A stretch of 64,000 nucleotides of DNA, taken from assembly GCA_964016885.1 (NCBI GenBank), contig OZ024742.1:140926001-140990000 (forward strand), given 5' to 3'. Below are positions 1-15,404 of this stretch, in pieces. A program made the position numbers and the translations under genes. Source of the stretch: Eledone cirrhosa. Taxonomy: Eukaryota. Each line of letters begins with the position of its first letter. Position 1 is the stretch's first letter. The notes under the pieces were generated by a model that did no database searches, had not been told where the DNA came from, and saw nothing but the letters and a program-made list of their open reading frames with translations.

Positions 1-1164
1 TATTGCTGGAGTCGTGTAATTGACAAATATCTATTTAGTTTTTATAACAATAATACGATCATTAACATTCTGTAATATTGGAATTTGGTCAGATGTATGG
101 TTATAAAAACAATTACATAGAGAAAGCATTCTTTTAAAACCAAAAATACAGAAAATGAAATATGTTCCTTAACTGATTCAAGTTTATATTTAGGTATGAA
201 TATAAACTTAAATAGAAAATAATTTATACTTTTAAATTTATGATTATGATTTTGATTTCAATAACTGAAATAATCTTTAATAAACCATCAACAAATAGTA
301 AAGTAGATTTGGTCAGAGCAAAATCACAATATATAGATTTGTTTTATAAATCATGAATATTTTTATAAATTTTACTGCTTAAATTAAAAAAGAATTCTTT
401 CTCATCAGCTTTGTAATTAGACATTAACATTCTAAATAGAAACTTTTTTGAAGCAAACAAATTTCAACTGAAAGCTAATGACAGATGCAACCAAAGTGAT
501 GTTTAAAAAAAAAGAACTTTTTGTGTATAATGATACTTACAAAATTGAAAGCTATTAATGCTTTATAACTTGTTCTATGTAGTATTTGCTCTCTGAGATA
601 TAATGAATGTATAAACTGAGAACAAAGAAGTAGCTGAACATGTATGTACTTTGAAAATTAGAAAATACATCTAAAAGGGAAGACTAGCAGCAACTTCCAA
701 TACTATAATCTCTTATTTATGTTGTCGATCTCATCTTGTAAGGATGAACATTTCTTGATATAATCCTTGGCTAGAATACAGGTAGAACCATTTTAATGGA
801 TAACTATCAGTTTCATGACATGATGCAATGTCAACAATAATTATTGATCTATAATTATCTTCATTTTAGCTGTAAATACAAAAAGTAATACTAGGCATTG
901 AAGTAGATTACTAGATTGTAGGAAAACAAATGTATATTACAAGTAGACTGGTAAAGTTTGTCAATTGTGTTATTGTAATAATGTCAAATTCAGAATTCAA
1001 GGAAACTGGTCGACAAAATCGGCAAAAATAAATCCATAAAAATTCATAGAAGAAAAATAAATTTTAGTTGATTTGCCTGAATGAAAAATCCAGTATTTTG
1101 AACACCTGTAATTGTATGTCGCAAGAGAATAGAGAGCTTTAATATCACAATTGCAAAATTATGA

Positions 1165-1368
<204 letters not shown>

Positions 1369-4300
1369 TATAAGTAGTGTGGTAGGAGCTAAGTGAGAAG
1401 GAGGGCAAAGAAAGTAATGATCCACCCTTGCCTCACATTTTATTTTCTTTCACATCATGCAGCTCCTACATTACTCATACTGGCTCTTTTCCATCACTCT
1501 CACTTCTACTTCTCTGCTTCCATTTGTCATTCATGGTTTCATGACTGTGATTGTAAAGCATCCATATTCTTTCTTTCCAAAGTTGGACAAGTGTTCAAAA
1601 CATTGGATTTGTTCATACCTTACAGAAAATGAACTCATTAAAATTTATTTTACTTCTATGAATTTCTGCGTTATTGTAACCCTATGAAAATATACAACAT
1701 AAATTGTATTTTACCCATGATATTGTTTTAATTTTTTAAAAATAAAACAAATAATTTCTAAAAGAGGACAATAGATATGTAAACAGAATGTAATGTTTTG
1801 TGGAGCATTGTCATAGATTGTGTAAATCTTGCTAAAAAGACAACAAATGTTGACTTTAGATGAATTTAAAAAAAAAATAGAGAATTTTGTTAAATTTAAA
1901 ATAATCTTCTCAATAACTAACTTCTCTCTGATCCACTAAATATATTGCTGTTCATTATACATACAATTTGCATGATTTTTGTTGGTTGAAATCTTTAGAT
2001 ATTTGTCAAGAAATTAAAAAAAAAACTGAACATTGGTAAATCAGTTTCCACCATTTTTTTTTGTGTGTGTGTAAAGTACACTAATTTAAATTAATAACAG
2101 TTCAAGGTAAGTGCAGAACAAAACAGTTTATTTTGTCAAATTGAATATTTGCCTTGTATCCCAACATTTTGAAGTTGGAGAAAAATTCAATGAAATTATC
2201 AAGTACATTTACAAATAAACACTTAGATTTCAAAATATATTATCTATTAAACGGTTTCTAAAAGTTTGCTAAGTAGCAATGTTTGTATTTAATATGAAGC
2301 TATTTTTTAAAAGTGAGTCCTGGCATATTCTTGAATGTAAAATGTAATATTTAAAGAATTATAGCCTGATTTTCACCAAGAAAAAAATAATTCAGATTAA
2401 TTATGAATGATTAAGGTTAAATACAATGAAAATATTGGTTTGAGATCAAATTCCCATTTGAGAAATAAAACAATAAAAAGAGTAGTGTGATATGTAATTT
2501 ATTATAGCCACAAAGCGACATCAGTGACTCAAGGGCCTAGAGTTTTATGTTCAAATGTACTTGAGCAAGAAACTTTACACTCTTGAGTCACATGTGTAGC
2601 TTTACAGTTATAATAAGTTAATTTAGAGGTTATATGAAAGGCTCTTGTCACTATGCAAAAAAGTAAAATTTGAAATACTATTGAAGTGATAAACTGAGTA
2701 ATTGGATGCCATTGCATGAAGTAAGTAGTTATTCATTCAAGTAAATTTTACATTATCTTAAACAAAAAACAAAAAAGAAAGAAAATGATGGAGAACAGAT
2801 TTTACCTCAACTTGAAGCCCCAAATGATGTGGGTAGGTGCTAGAACTAATTAACAACTAAATAACATTTCCAGGGAGTAGCTAATATCCAAGCTGCCTTT
2901 GTACCTTTGCCCTACAGACAAATACTAATTGAACATCTCTACACATAAGTATATATATATACATTTAGGTGTGCATATAGATACACATGCAGAGTTGTTA
3001 CATACATTTTGTTTGTAGACATGAATTGAGATATATTTTTTATGTAACTACACAATACTTTGTGTGATTCTATATGTGTATATGATAATAGATAAGGTGG
3101 GAGTTATTTACCAATAACTCTAATTAAAATATATACAAAGTACCTGATGAAGATGGTATATTCAATAATAACAACAGTCACATGGTTTAATGAGTAAACA
3201 ATTTTCAAGAAATTCAGAAAAGTTTAAATTTCTGACTAATTTATGGCTATCATCAGGGATTGTGTTTACTACCAGATACCAATAAATTAAAGTAACACAT
3301 ATCTAAAACAGATATCTCCATAAGTTTCCAGTTAAGGTAAGAAAACCTAATTTTATTTTTTAAAAAATATTTTCTTTATCATATTCTATTTCTTCCATAT
3401 ATTATCAGACAATTTAATTTATTTCACCTTATTTTAACATTTCACTTCCAGATTGTTTATAGACAATTTGTTATTCCTTCAGATATTACTAACTGGAAAC
3501 TTGTGATTTTTTTTTTTATTTTGTCATATTTTTTTAAAAAGAAATTTGTTAGACAACAGTTAACTAAATGGAGGGAGAAAAATCAACAACTACATAACCT
3601 ATTTTTAATACTACAAAATGTGTTCAATTTTGTATGATTGTTAATTTGAAGAAAAATATTTCCTTGTTTATATGTTTTTGAAAATAAAATAAAAATAAAA
3701 AACCAATAAATGAAAATTGAAAAGATAACCTCAATAAAGCCCTTTGCTCATTTTACAACATGCATATAATCAGGCAGTGATTAAAAACTATTCGTATTAC
3801 TTGTAAAGGTTATTTTATATTAATTCATGCAGAAAGATTTGAAGTATCCATATAGATTTTCAGCTTAGAGGTGTGTATGTCAACAAAAATTGCAAATATA
3901 TTTTGATTCTCTCTAAGCTGTTGAACTTTCTTGGTGTGTTGTTATATAGTAAGCTACAGACAGGTAAATGTGTACATGTGTGTGTATACATACACATATA
4001 CAGTTTCCTGAAAAAGCAACAACTTCCACTGATTTTCAAATTAACAGATAACAAAACAGATGGTTTGTTTCATATGTAAGCTTATACAAAATAGAAAGTA
4101 ACAGGATGTTGAACTTTTAGCATTCCACAATATAAAGAAAAGCAAAAATGAAAAAAAAATAACTGTTTTAATGTTTTGCAATAGGTTAGTATGTCAAGAG
4201 TAATTTGTGAAATGTTAATTATGTTAAGAAATTGAGAGTGCAAAATCCTTTTGTTTACATGTATTATATGTTCTTGTTTTTTTTTAAGAAAGAACTAATT

Positions 4301-5053
4301 GATTTCTAAGTTAATAAAATTAACTTTTTTAAATGTGAAATCAAAGAAGGGAAAATAAGTATTATAAACCATTTACAGTTAGTCCTTGATTATCCAAACA
4401 AGACAATATTTTGTTTGGATAACTTATCTGATTGTAAACAAGCCATACTGATCATAATTACATAAAAAAAAGTATGTTTATAATTTTTTTGCCTTTTAGT
4501 CTATAAAATGTACTCTTGTGGATTCATCAAAATCCAGAAAACCACCATAATTTAATTTTTTGTGTTTGATTGTCAATTGTGTTTTTTTTTTCTCGTTATA
4601 TAAATGGTAACAATTAGAAACTTGATTACTTGTAATATACTTGGAACAAAATTATAGATTGAATAAAGACATCATAGATTTTGCCATACTTTTAAATTCT
4701 TCAATATATTAATTTGAAAAAATATAAACAAACGATGCAATCATAGCACCAGTGTCAGTAGCACCTCTTTGATGTAATGTTTTCACTTATTCTTCAGTAG
4801 TTCAAATTTACTATTAATCATTGTAAACAATTTCCAGTATTGTTTTCAAGTTCAGATTACACAGTATGGCTAATTAAATATTTACAGGAACTTAAGATCT
4901 TGTTCAGATAATTTGAACCTCAGGTAAATGTTTGTATAACCAAGGTTTCACTGTAAATGATTTCAATGAGAAAAAGATATAAATTTCTGCTATGGTTAGA
5001 TTGTTTTGAATTTATATAGATTAAAAATAACTTTTGAAGTAGTGATTTTAATG

Positions 5054-5106
<53 letters not shown>

Positions 5107-7307
5107 ATCAAACAATAAACTTCACAATTTTGGCATTTTATAACTTGTCCAAGAATCAGTTCTTCCCACATTCAGACTTCATTATTATGAGTCACAATAT
5201 ATTTGACACAAAGGTGAATTGAAATTTATTGTAATTATAAAGTGATTAATGATATATATCTAATTGCTATTTTATCTACTATCTTAAAATGTGTACGTAT
5301 GTGAATATAAAGGAACAATGAGATGGATTTAGCATAGGAAAGATGCAGCACATATAACATAGTTGATAAAATATTTTTAGAAAATTAAAAGCTAAAGATT
5401 ATTTGGGTGTGCAAACAACGGAAACTATAAAAAAATAAAATATTGTCTTAAAATTTTATCTATAGTAATTATCTAGTGAAGCATAGTTCTAAGTTCAACT
5501 TTTTCAAATCATTGATCAATTAGAGCTGCTGAATTAACACAGGAATGGTGTGGAAATACATTTAACCTTTTGTTTCAAGCAAAATGATAGGAAATAAATA
5601 AAAATCAATTTTCAAATTAAGTAAAACCGAAATAACAATTATATTTATGAAGAGTTATACTAAAACAATAAAATAATAGCCAATGTCATTTAGATGTTTT
5701 TTAAATTCTCAAAATGACAAAAAGAAATTGTAGTTCATTTACTGTATAATTTTATCAACATTAATCATAAGTAGTATTACAGAAAAAATTAAAAGTATAA
5801 CAATTATTAACACGGTAATAAAAAAAAAACAGAAAAAGAAATCTTAATAAGCTACTTGGTCTTCATCAAATGATTCTAGCAAATAAAGAAGTATATGGAA
5901 AATTCCAAGTATATTAAAGTATGAAGAACATACAAAATCACAATGGCTTCTGATATGAATGTATAATAACAATTTTAATACATTCATATTTGTTTTATGA
6001 TCCAGTGAGTACACATATAAAACTCCAGAGTAACAAGACTCATCAATTAGTGAGGTGGTGATATTAAACCAGGCAGCAATACATATTATTGGTTTGGTGC
6101 TAATATTAGAAATAAAATTGAATGTGATAAAAAAAAAATGTTATTACTCAAACCCCTATCATTTTATTGTCCTTATTTTACTTGAATCGAAAGGTAAATT
6201 AATGTAACCATTCATTGCTATGTAAACCCTACTAGCATTTGTTAAGATTAAGTCAATAATGATAGAATTCAAATTTGAAGTTTTCAGATTTTGCACTAAC
6301 CATTGCTTTTTTGTTGATTTGTTGATGTTTTCCATTGACATTATTAAAAATAATTGGAGGTATTATTTAAATATCATAGACAATTTAAAGATAGTTTGGA
6401 AATACATGTTATTTAAAAGTGATGGCAAAAAGCATTTAAAAAACTGCAAAAAATATTTACTCTTCTGTTTTTTAGTAAGGTTTTGGTACTAGGAGTTTTA
6501 TTATTTTCATATTACATTTTATTCAGTCTAGCATTAATTTTATTACCATTATATTATGTTCAACTCTGTCTAATTTTCTATTCCATTACTGTATAAATCA
6601 AATAGTGATTTAAAATTGGATAATGTTAAATCATAAATATTTTGGAAATACATTTCTTTTTATTTATTCTATAAGTTTTTGTAGAAATATTTGTTACACA
6701 CTCTATGTGGATTATAGGGAGTATTGACTAATTCATTCTCAAATATTAATAGAACGCTTCTGACCTTTGCCTAAACCATTTTGAATCATATTGCTTTTCT
6801 TAGATATGATCATTCAGATCTTTCATATTTAAAGTTATAAAGATTTCTAATTTAATACTTTATGTATATATAATATAGAATTATAGAACAAAATATAAAA
6901 CAAAGATAGAAAAATAAATGCTAATTCCATTATGTTATCTGTTATCAAGAAGAAATTAGATTGCAAATTTTTTGAAATTTCTCTAAATATTTATTGTTAT
7001 TGGCTTTATAGTGACTACATTTAGTATTTGATTAAATATTGGTACTAGGCAAAACCTACGATTCAATCTATTGGAATGGAGTTATAAAAATGTTAAAGGT
7101 TTTTCAACCAGTCATTAAACAGTTAGGTTGCTTTCAGGTAAAACTCAATTTAGCCTTTAAGTCACACTATAGCAAATCAAACAAAATGTTTCATCTTATC
7201 AAATATTTTGTTTTTATAAATAATACTGTATCAAAATCAATTTATTGAATATGATTTAAAACACCAATGAATGGAATTTGATTAGTAATTACCAATCATT
7301 TTCTTAA

Positions 7308-7780
7308 CCCTTTTGATACCAACCTGCCTGACACTGCCTCTGATTTCATGATACAAAACATTTCAATTTAAGCTTATGTTAACCCTTTAGCATTTACATT
7401 ACTCTATATTTACTATTGTATTTTTACGGTAAAGGCTTTACCTTATATAATTATCTCACATAATATCAAATCTATGAGATTTTGATATTATTTATTTCAA
7501 GAGAAATACCTTAATTTCTTTATGAGTAACTGGTTACGGCCAGTTTGAACAGAAAGAGGTGAGAGATTTCTGGCTGGATATGGCCAGTTTAAATGCTAAA
7601 GGGTTAAGACAAGTCCTCATAATTTTATCATAGAACCTTTTGTTAAGTTATGATCCAAATATCAGCTTAATAATAGAGATGTTAATTATTTTACTAAATC
7701 TCTTCAAATTCTTGATTATATTCAAAATTAACTGAAACACATAGGTAATATATTTCATTAGAAACATGATCCCAAAAGGG
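7308..7780. mobile_element. TTAA-flanked MITE (piggyBac-like, family M1) containing a nested MITE
   Basis: TTAA|CCCTTTTG...CAAAAGGG|TTAA; internal motifs recur at 8.4, 12.1, 12.9, 43.1, 44.6, 47.2, 48.9, 50.7 and 54.4 kb. Confidence 0.75.
7383..7603. mobile_element. Nested TTAA-flanked MITE (family M2)
   Basis: Perfect 14-bp TIR CCCTTTAGCATTTA/TAAATGCTAAAGGG with TTAA on both sides. Confidence 0.85.
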
Positions 7781-8360
7781 TTAAAGAAATGATTTTTTTT
7801 TTTTTTCATAAACAGGAAATTTTAACTTTTTTGATTTAAGCAAAATTAGTTGTTTATGGGATCTACAATATCACTACTTCAATCATTCTTTTAATAAATA
7901 AATCAGAAAAAAAATTACATTTTTAAGAAGCATGTATTTGTTCAAGAAAGGGGGGGGGGGGTTAAAATTTAGTTAGAAATTAAAAGAAGAAAATTTGGAA
8001 ATTGAGATAAATATACATGATTTTGAAAATGTTCAGAAATTCTATTTGAGAGAATTTTTTTTTTTATTGGGGATATATTTTGGAAATGTATCCTAATAGA
8101 TCTCAATTGGTAAATAATAAATTATTTTAAAAAAAAAACGTGATTGTGGTGAAATGATTCTATCAGTTACCTATACTCATCATCATTATCTTCATCATAC
8201 CATAATTGTCATCATAATACTTCTTTGCATATATGTTGATCTATGTTTTATTTTCATGTACAAATTTTCAGATTAATAAATCATTAAAACTACTGTTCAT
8301 TAATATTTGTTATTTGCTTTCAATTCAGTTTTTGTTGAAACTTTTGTTCACCTCAATTAA

Positions 8361-8558
8361 CCCTTTTGATACCACATATCTAATGATACACATTGTATTT
8401 CAGTTATTTCATGATTTAGATGGTATTTGTAACATAGATTAACAAAAGGATTTTATATCAAATGATATTGGGAAGTTTCAATTAAAATAAAAACCCTTTA
8501 AAATGTGTGGTTTTGTTTCAGAGAACCAGAGATGGTTTGGAAGGAGAGTATCAAATGA
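8361..8558. mobile_element. Degenerate M1 MITE copy
   Basis: TTAA|CCCTTTTGATACC ... GTATCAAATGA|TTAA. Confidence 0.55.
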
Positions 8559-8595
8559 TTAAAAACATTGTTTGTTTACTTCTTACTATATATAT

Positions 8596-9065
8596 CATCA
8601 TCATCCACGCTTACATGGGTTTGGACTGGAGTTTTCCCACTTGAGGCAAGATTGGTTGTCTTGCTCGTATAGGGCTGTCTGGCGGGTTTTCTACGGCTGG
8701 ATGCCCTTCCTAACACCAACTACGTTTACAGTGTGGACTGGGAGGTTTTTACCGTGTTACCTACACGGCCACATTACAGCGTGGACTGTGTGTTTTTTTT
8801 TCGTGACACCTACACGACCTCATTTATTTCGGACTGGATGTTGTGGTACCAACATAACTTTACATTGAAAGGGGTGGTGTGGATGCGGTGGTGGTGGTGG
8901 TGGTGGGGGGGGGGGGGGGGGGGGGGGTATTTTTGTTAGAGGTGCCTACTGACTGTAGGTTTCACTTTGTACTTAGGCAAGGCGAGTCTTCTGTATTACT
9001 ATGTAGCGCCAAAGATCTCGGTCCAGTGACATTGTCTTGGAGAGATGTAAGTATGTGAGGTCGGA
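8596..9065 (-). mobile_element. RTE-derived 3' element (family B): ORF C-terminus, long 3' UTR and (TGA)n tail
   Basis: Minus strand encodes [30 protein letters not shown]; contains the AGGAAGGGCATCC motif; homologous to 24215-24696. Confidence 0.85.
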
Positions 9066-12050
9066 ATTTATATATATATTGGTTGTAGATTTTGCAATAT
9101 TATTTATATACTGTTGTAGCAAAAGTTTTCTTAGCTTTTTCAATTTTGAAGCCAGCTAGATTGTTCATGGTCAATAGGAAGATGCCCAATGGTCTTACTC
9201 TTAGTCCTTGAAGATGCTTCATATGGGATGGTAGATGCTTCATATGGGATGACAGTCTCATTATCCCTTTTGCTTCTACTCACATTGTAGATGCTGTGAA
9301 GGAAGTGGGGGAGGAGGGGGTCATTGCACCCATAGCCAAATGAAATAAACTATTAAAATACCATGATCTACATTTTTTCAAGATGTGGCACTAAAAACTT
9401 TCTGAAGAGGTAAGCCACTTACAAAGAGGTTTTTGTCATCTGATGATGCTTGTGAAAGTGTTTGACTATTCCAGCACCATCACCTTACTATCACCCAAAG
9501 TAATGTCATGAGTGTTTTGGCTTGCCTCAAATATTTTTCGGCAACACCAGCATTCTCTGTTGTAGAGTATAATTGAGTGTGCATGTGATCTCTCCTTTTT
9601 CTTCTTTATAATTCTTTTTTTATTGGGTTGTTTCTTTTGCAAACCATAAACATTATATAAATGCATATAACAATGAAAAAACTCATCGCTATAACAGCCA
9701 TTAAAACAGTTAAATACTGTCAAAGGCAGTGATGGGCAAAAATACCTCAGAGAACAGCGGCCAATGGTCAACAGAGAGGCAATCCATAAGGCAGATGACA
9801 GGCAGATTAAATATAGAAATGTGTGTGTGTATGTATGTAACCTACAATTATAACTGAAAGTAAAAATAGTGTTACGTATAACTGTGGATAATGTTGTGTA
9901 CATGTATATAAATTTTACAAATTATCCTCAAGCCCTTTTATCAACTGGGTAGATGAAGCTAACACAGTTGCATAAAAACTCATCACAATTCAATATAAGT
10001 ATAAAAACACTGAATAAAATTAAGTATATGCTATTCTTTATTGAAAATGAGATAAAACAAAAGAGATTGCAGCTAAGTGCAAACCAAACTAATATTAAAA
10101 ATTGTAAAGATATATTGATAACCTAAGTTACAATAAAAGGTAATCAACTTGTGACAGATTAGAACTGAAATAAACAATAAACTATGAAAAAAAAAAATAA
10201 CCAAAAAGACAAAATGATGCCTTTTTAATTCAATAGAATTCTCAAAATAATCATTATGTTTCTAACATATTATTTATTTAATAAAGACACTAATTTTTTT
10301 TAGATAGAAAACAACTCTTAAAATAGAAATGTTAACCTTGAAAATATTTCTAGAATCACATGTGCTAAGACACAATAATTATTACAATATAGTAAAAGAA
10401 CCTTTAGAAAAGAAAAAATTGAATGAAATGCTTATTTGTAATTTTAGCTGGAGTTATAATTATCTGAATCTTTCCTGCAGGCTTTTCAATAGTTGCTATT
10501 AAAAAGAAACTTATTAAGATTTGTGGAATGAGTAGTCAATAATCACATAATATAAAATCTGAAAAATATATTGATTCATTTAAATTTATTCCTAAAGCTA
10601 ACTCCCTAAGCTAATTACCTAATTAGCAATAGTCGTTACATCATTGACAACCAAGCTACCAATCTATATTTCTAATGTTTGAAATCAACAGAGAATAATC
10701 ATAATGATGAAATATATTTTCTAAGGTAATTCTAACACTAAACTTGTTAGATATATCACTTTTGTTGTTTGATTATCACAAGTAACCATTCAGCAAATTC
10801 TTTTAGGTTAGTATGCAACACAATAGATCTCTCAGAGTATCTATTTCTTTTTTTAATAAGAAGAATAAAATAAAATAAAGAACAGGAGTATTTCTTAGAA
10901 ATAATAATTAGGAAACTTTTAACATAAAACCAATTACTTAATGAGTATCTCTAAGCAACAAAAATCAGATTAAATGTGTATAAATCAAAACTGCCTTTCA
11001 GAAATCCCAGAAACATTATAAATCACTGGCATCTAATATGACCTATGTAAATATGAATAATGAAAAGACTGAATATATAAATCTTTTAGATATAAATAAT
11101 TGTATGAATAAACTATCAAAAACAGAAATCCTTAGTGACTATTATATAGACAAATAGGAAATTTATGAAAGCTCTAGAAATGTACAATGCAGATAACATT
11201 TTCATATCGCAACTTAGTTTCTGTTTATAGAAGAATTATGACAACATATTTTCCTTCTATATACAATTAATCAACAACTCATAACTCGGAAATTCATATT
11301 ATAACTGCAGCTGCTTTATTGTATTTCGAGGTATGACAATCATATTTAATAGCTACACAGTTGATACTAGGTCTTTGGCTATGTTACCTGTGCTAGTTTA
11401 AATCCTATCCTGCAGTGTTATGCATATGTATCTCATTTATTTAACTCTTTGAGTGCTAAAAACAGACTGCTATGCTTTTTGTTTCCCACATCTTGTGTGT
11501 CAAAGATGTACTAGTGTGATTTAGTTTAGTTTGTGAAGCACACATCCAGACAAAATAACAGCCCGTCCAACCCAGGCCAGCATGGAAAACTGGACATTAA
11601 ATGATGATGAAGTGGAAATTATCTGAAATATATCTGAAAATACAGCAAGCTCATGATCAAGGATTTAACATATTTTTTGTGAGCAACCTATCTATACTGA
11701 TCATCCAATTACAGTAATTAATAATGCATTAATTAATTACTGTGTTCATATAGTGGTTATTAAGTGTGTGACAGACTTTTGTGTTGCACAGAAGTATGTT
11801 GGTTACTATAGTGGACATTGGAAAGAGGGATATGATGAAATTAATGTGTAGTTGAATTCTTTTGTAGAAGTAGAGATTAGTAAATGAATGGAATGGCTGG
11901 ATTTGAGTACCATGAGAATGCAATATGCATGCTTCTTGAATGGGAATAGGAGGGAGATAGAGGGAGAATGGTTAATATGGAGAGAGAATAGTTATGACAC
12001 CAGATGGAATGATGTGTTGAGTAACAGGAGAGAGATGGTTCTATCATACT

Positions 12051-12285
12051 AACTCTTGATATCAAACCACCTGAAACTACCTTTGGTTCTACTATACTGG
12101 AACTGTTTATTTCAAAGTGTTTATAGTTACACAAAAACCTTCCATCTTTATTTTATAGATTCCAAATACCAGCTTAATAGTGATGAAGTTAGTTATTTTA
12201 CAAAATCCTTCCAAAATGTTCATTATTTGATAAATGACTTGAAAATCATAGGCAGCCTTTCATTAGAAATGTAGTAATAAAAGGA
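12051..12285. mobile_element. Degenerate M1 MITE copy (approximate ends)
   Basis: Shares ccagcttaat..., aaaatcataggcag and ttcattagaaat motifs with other copies. Confidence 0.5.
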
Positions 12286-13179
12286 GTGAAAGAGTAGACA
12301 AGGATGTACTGATAGTAGAATAAACTGAAGGACAGTGGCACAATACAATATTAGGGAAAGAGTAGGTATTTTTGTAGAATAAAAGATTGCTAATCAGAGA
12401 GATTAGCTTTTGTTGGCTGAGGTCTAATATATTAGACACTGGGATACAGCAGCAGTTCATAGAGAGAAATAGTGTTTCATGTTAGTGTTTATTTTCACTT
12501 TACACTGAGTCAATTAACATTTCTGTTTCTAAATTATATATGCTACCTATGAGCAGAAAGCAGCTTTTGTGAGTTAAAAAGCTTATATTTTGTTATGCAA
12601 AATACTATGAAACAAAGCAAAAATTTGATCTTTGAAGATTTCTTAATTGCTCTTTGTAATGCTCTGAAATTAGATAAAATCAATCTTTCTTCAATGGCCA
12701 GGGCATTACATTGCATATTCAAATATATATGAAATTATCAGTATTCTTATCTTAAACTTTAGATAATAAACTGCCCTTGATTCTACAAAACAAAACTATT
12801 TGTTTTAAAGTGTTTATATTTATTTAAAAACCTTACATCATAATTTTATGTAAGAATCTTTGTTATGTCCTAAACCCCAGCTTAATAACGTGAACATTAT
12901 ATATTTGCTAAATCCCTCCAAATTCTTGGTTATTTTCAAAATTATTAAAAAACTATGGGTTGCATCTTTCATTAGAAATATGAAAATTTCACATAATTCA
13001 CATGTCATATTAACTAAAATCCCAAGGTGGTACCAAAACAAATGAAATAATTGACCATTCAGTGTGCAGACAGTGGATACTGAAGGTTATTCATATTTAA
13101 AACGTGTTCAGTTAACTTAAGCCAAATGGCGCTTAAATGGCGGCCAACCATACTAAAATTATGTGATGGTGATGATGAT

Positions 13180-13440
13180 CATCATTTCATGTCCACTTTA
13201 TAGGCTGGTATGAGTTGAACAGGTCTTCACAGTCCATGACAAAACAGTTCAATGCTCATATGTCCTACATTTTGGCAGGATTTCTATGGTTGGATACCCT
13301 TCCTTATGCCAATCACTTTACATAGTGTACTGGGTACATTTTATCATAGCACTAGCAATAGAATTTTATAGAGTATACTGAGTGAATTTTATTATGGTAT
13401 CAACACTAGAGAGGCTGCCATGTACTTGGTACGTCTAAAG
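13180..13440 (-). mobile_element. Old RTE-related SINE-like remnant
   Basis: Degenerate ggata/gcccttcct motif and catcat tail. Confidence 0.5.
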
Positions 13441-13971
13441 AGTTTTCTCTATTCAGTATATCCAATTCAATTACCAACAACTTTACAGTATGGCATGAAT
13501 ATATTTCTTTATGACAACACAGTGGAGATAAAGATTGGTAATATTAGTTCAATAAATAAAGGAATCTAAATTCCAGTTTGAAAAGCAATTAGAATATTCT
13601 AGCTTGTAATAAGAATAAAAGAACTCTGGGAACAAAAAGCCAAAAGGAATCAATAAGATTAGAAAATTTATTTGGACTTTCTTATCATTATTACTATCTT
13701 ATTAAATACATGATTTTCCATACTAAAATGTGCTGGAAAAATCATAATTAACTATATAGATGCCTATCTTTCTGAAAAGCCTAATTCATCTATACATTGT
13801 AAATATTTTAACCCAGGTTTTCCTTGATTTATTTTTACAAAGATTACAACTAATCATAACAGACTAAACATTTACATCATGGCTAAGCATAGTTGTTTTT
13901 ACTTCTAATATTCAACAGCTTTCTTAGCTTACTTTATAAAAGCAGTATATCACAAAAACTAACAATATAGT

Positions 13972-14355
13972 GCAAACATGGCTGTGAAGTTAACCATGTG
14001 GTTTTGAGCTTGATCCCACACTGTAATACCCTGGACAAGCATTTTCTAATATAGCCTCAGGTCAACCAATGTCTTGTGAAAAGATTTGGTAGACATAAAC
14101 TGTTAAGAAGCCCATTGTATGTATGTGCCTGCTGCTGTGTGTCTTCAATAAATACAATAATGTTTAAAGCAAGTTGTGACATTATGTTTACTTCCCTGCA
14201 TAAGCAATTATATACCATATATATAATACTTCAAATTTTAAAAGTATGGGTTGGCACCAGGAAGGGTATCTGGCCTTAGAAAATCTACCTAAAAAAATTC
14301 ATGCCATCATTGAAAAGCAAACAAAAATCCATACCATAATGGGAAAACAAACATA
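13972..14355 (+). mobile_element. Old tRNA-derived SINE remnant
   Basis: Decayed head, CORE-like ccctggacaagc, gatttggtagac motif (also near 43.9 kb) and ggttggcaccaggaagggtatc 3' motif. Confidence 0.5.
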
Positions 14356-15214
14356 AAGACCCTGCCTTTCCGCTCAATTAGCCATGGTTTTCTGCTTTAC
14401 CCCATATCACAGAAATACAGTATTACATTCATAATGTATCCATTAAGTAATGTAAAACTATGGAAAACTGAGTTGAAACAATAAATTCTTGTGATACACA
14501 TTCCATTACATAAATGTTGAATACTTGAATGATTTTTGTTTTCTAATGATGAAAACTAGTAACAATTCGCAACATTTGAAAATGGTATCTTTTTCATTGA
14601 ATCTGTAATTTAATACATTTTAGAAAATTTTCATCAAATAAAATATCAGTGGATTTTAAAAATATATTTGTATACATACAGAATAGAGAGGTAATTAAGG
14701 CTGCATAATTGCATATATAAATTTACATATTTCTAGTATATAGACATGTAAACATGCCAAATATACCTATTTCCTAGCATACAATGCCACAGGAATCCTC
14801 TTGTGAGTAACTGAACATTAAATTTGCAGAGCATAGGAAAAGATTATTTGCAGTATTTGTTCTGGCTCTCTGCATTCATAGTTCAAATACAATCATTGTT
14901 TGCACTGATTACACAATATTAAGTTTCTAACTCCCTTTCTACATATCAGTCAATAAAACTCACCTTCTAGATGGTACTGGTATTCTATGTCACTTTTACT
15001 AATAAGGCCTAGGTCTTTGCTATGTTCAGTTTTCTTTCTTAGCACCAATCGAAATACAATCAACAATTGCAATTGCAAAATAGAGTTGTTTGTTCTTAGT
15101 AGTTGTCATACTAGAAAAATGGTATTTCTGGTCTTTTACTCGGATACAAAGCTCTAACTACAACTTATCGTCCAATATAATCCACTCTTGCACCAATCTA
15201 ATTTCATTATCATA

Positions 15215-15300
15215 ACTTTGCCTTTCATCCTTACGGGGTCGATAAAATAAAGTACCAGTAATGTACTGGGATAATTGCTGGCCTTGTGCCAATAGTAGAA
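15215..15300 (+). mobile_element. SINE fragment with conserved central motif CTTTGCCTTTCATCCTTACGGGGTCGATAAAATAAAGTACCAG
   Basis: Same motif on the minus strand at about 43715-43762 and 48275-48322. Confidence 0.65.
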
Positions 15301-15404
15301 ATAATTATCATTTTCTGAGCAACTTTCAAATGTTGGTCCATCTATTTATATATTTTAGTCAATGCTTTAAATGTATCAGCTTGATTACTCTACAATTGTC
15401 TTGT

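Noticed and set aside
3140-3262. CTGATGA motifs on both strands, one followed by GAAA
   Set aside because: Stems are mismatched; at best a decayed remnant
9212-9252. 19-bp direct repeat agatgcttcatatgggatg, two copies
   Set aside because: Simple local duplication; not CRISPR-like
9402-9468. Two hammerhead-like strings (CTGAAGA-GGTAAG/CTTAC; GTCA-T-CTGATGA..GAAA..TGAC)
   Set aside because: The first lacks GAAA and the second lacks a credible stem II; compatible with chance
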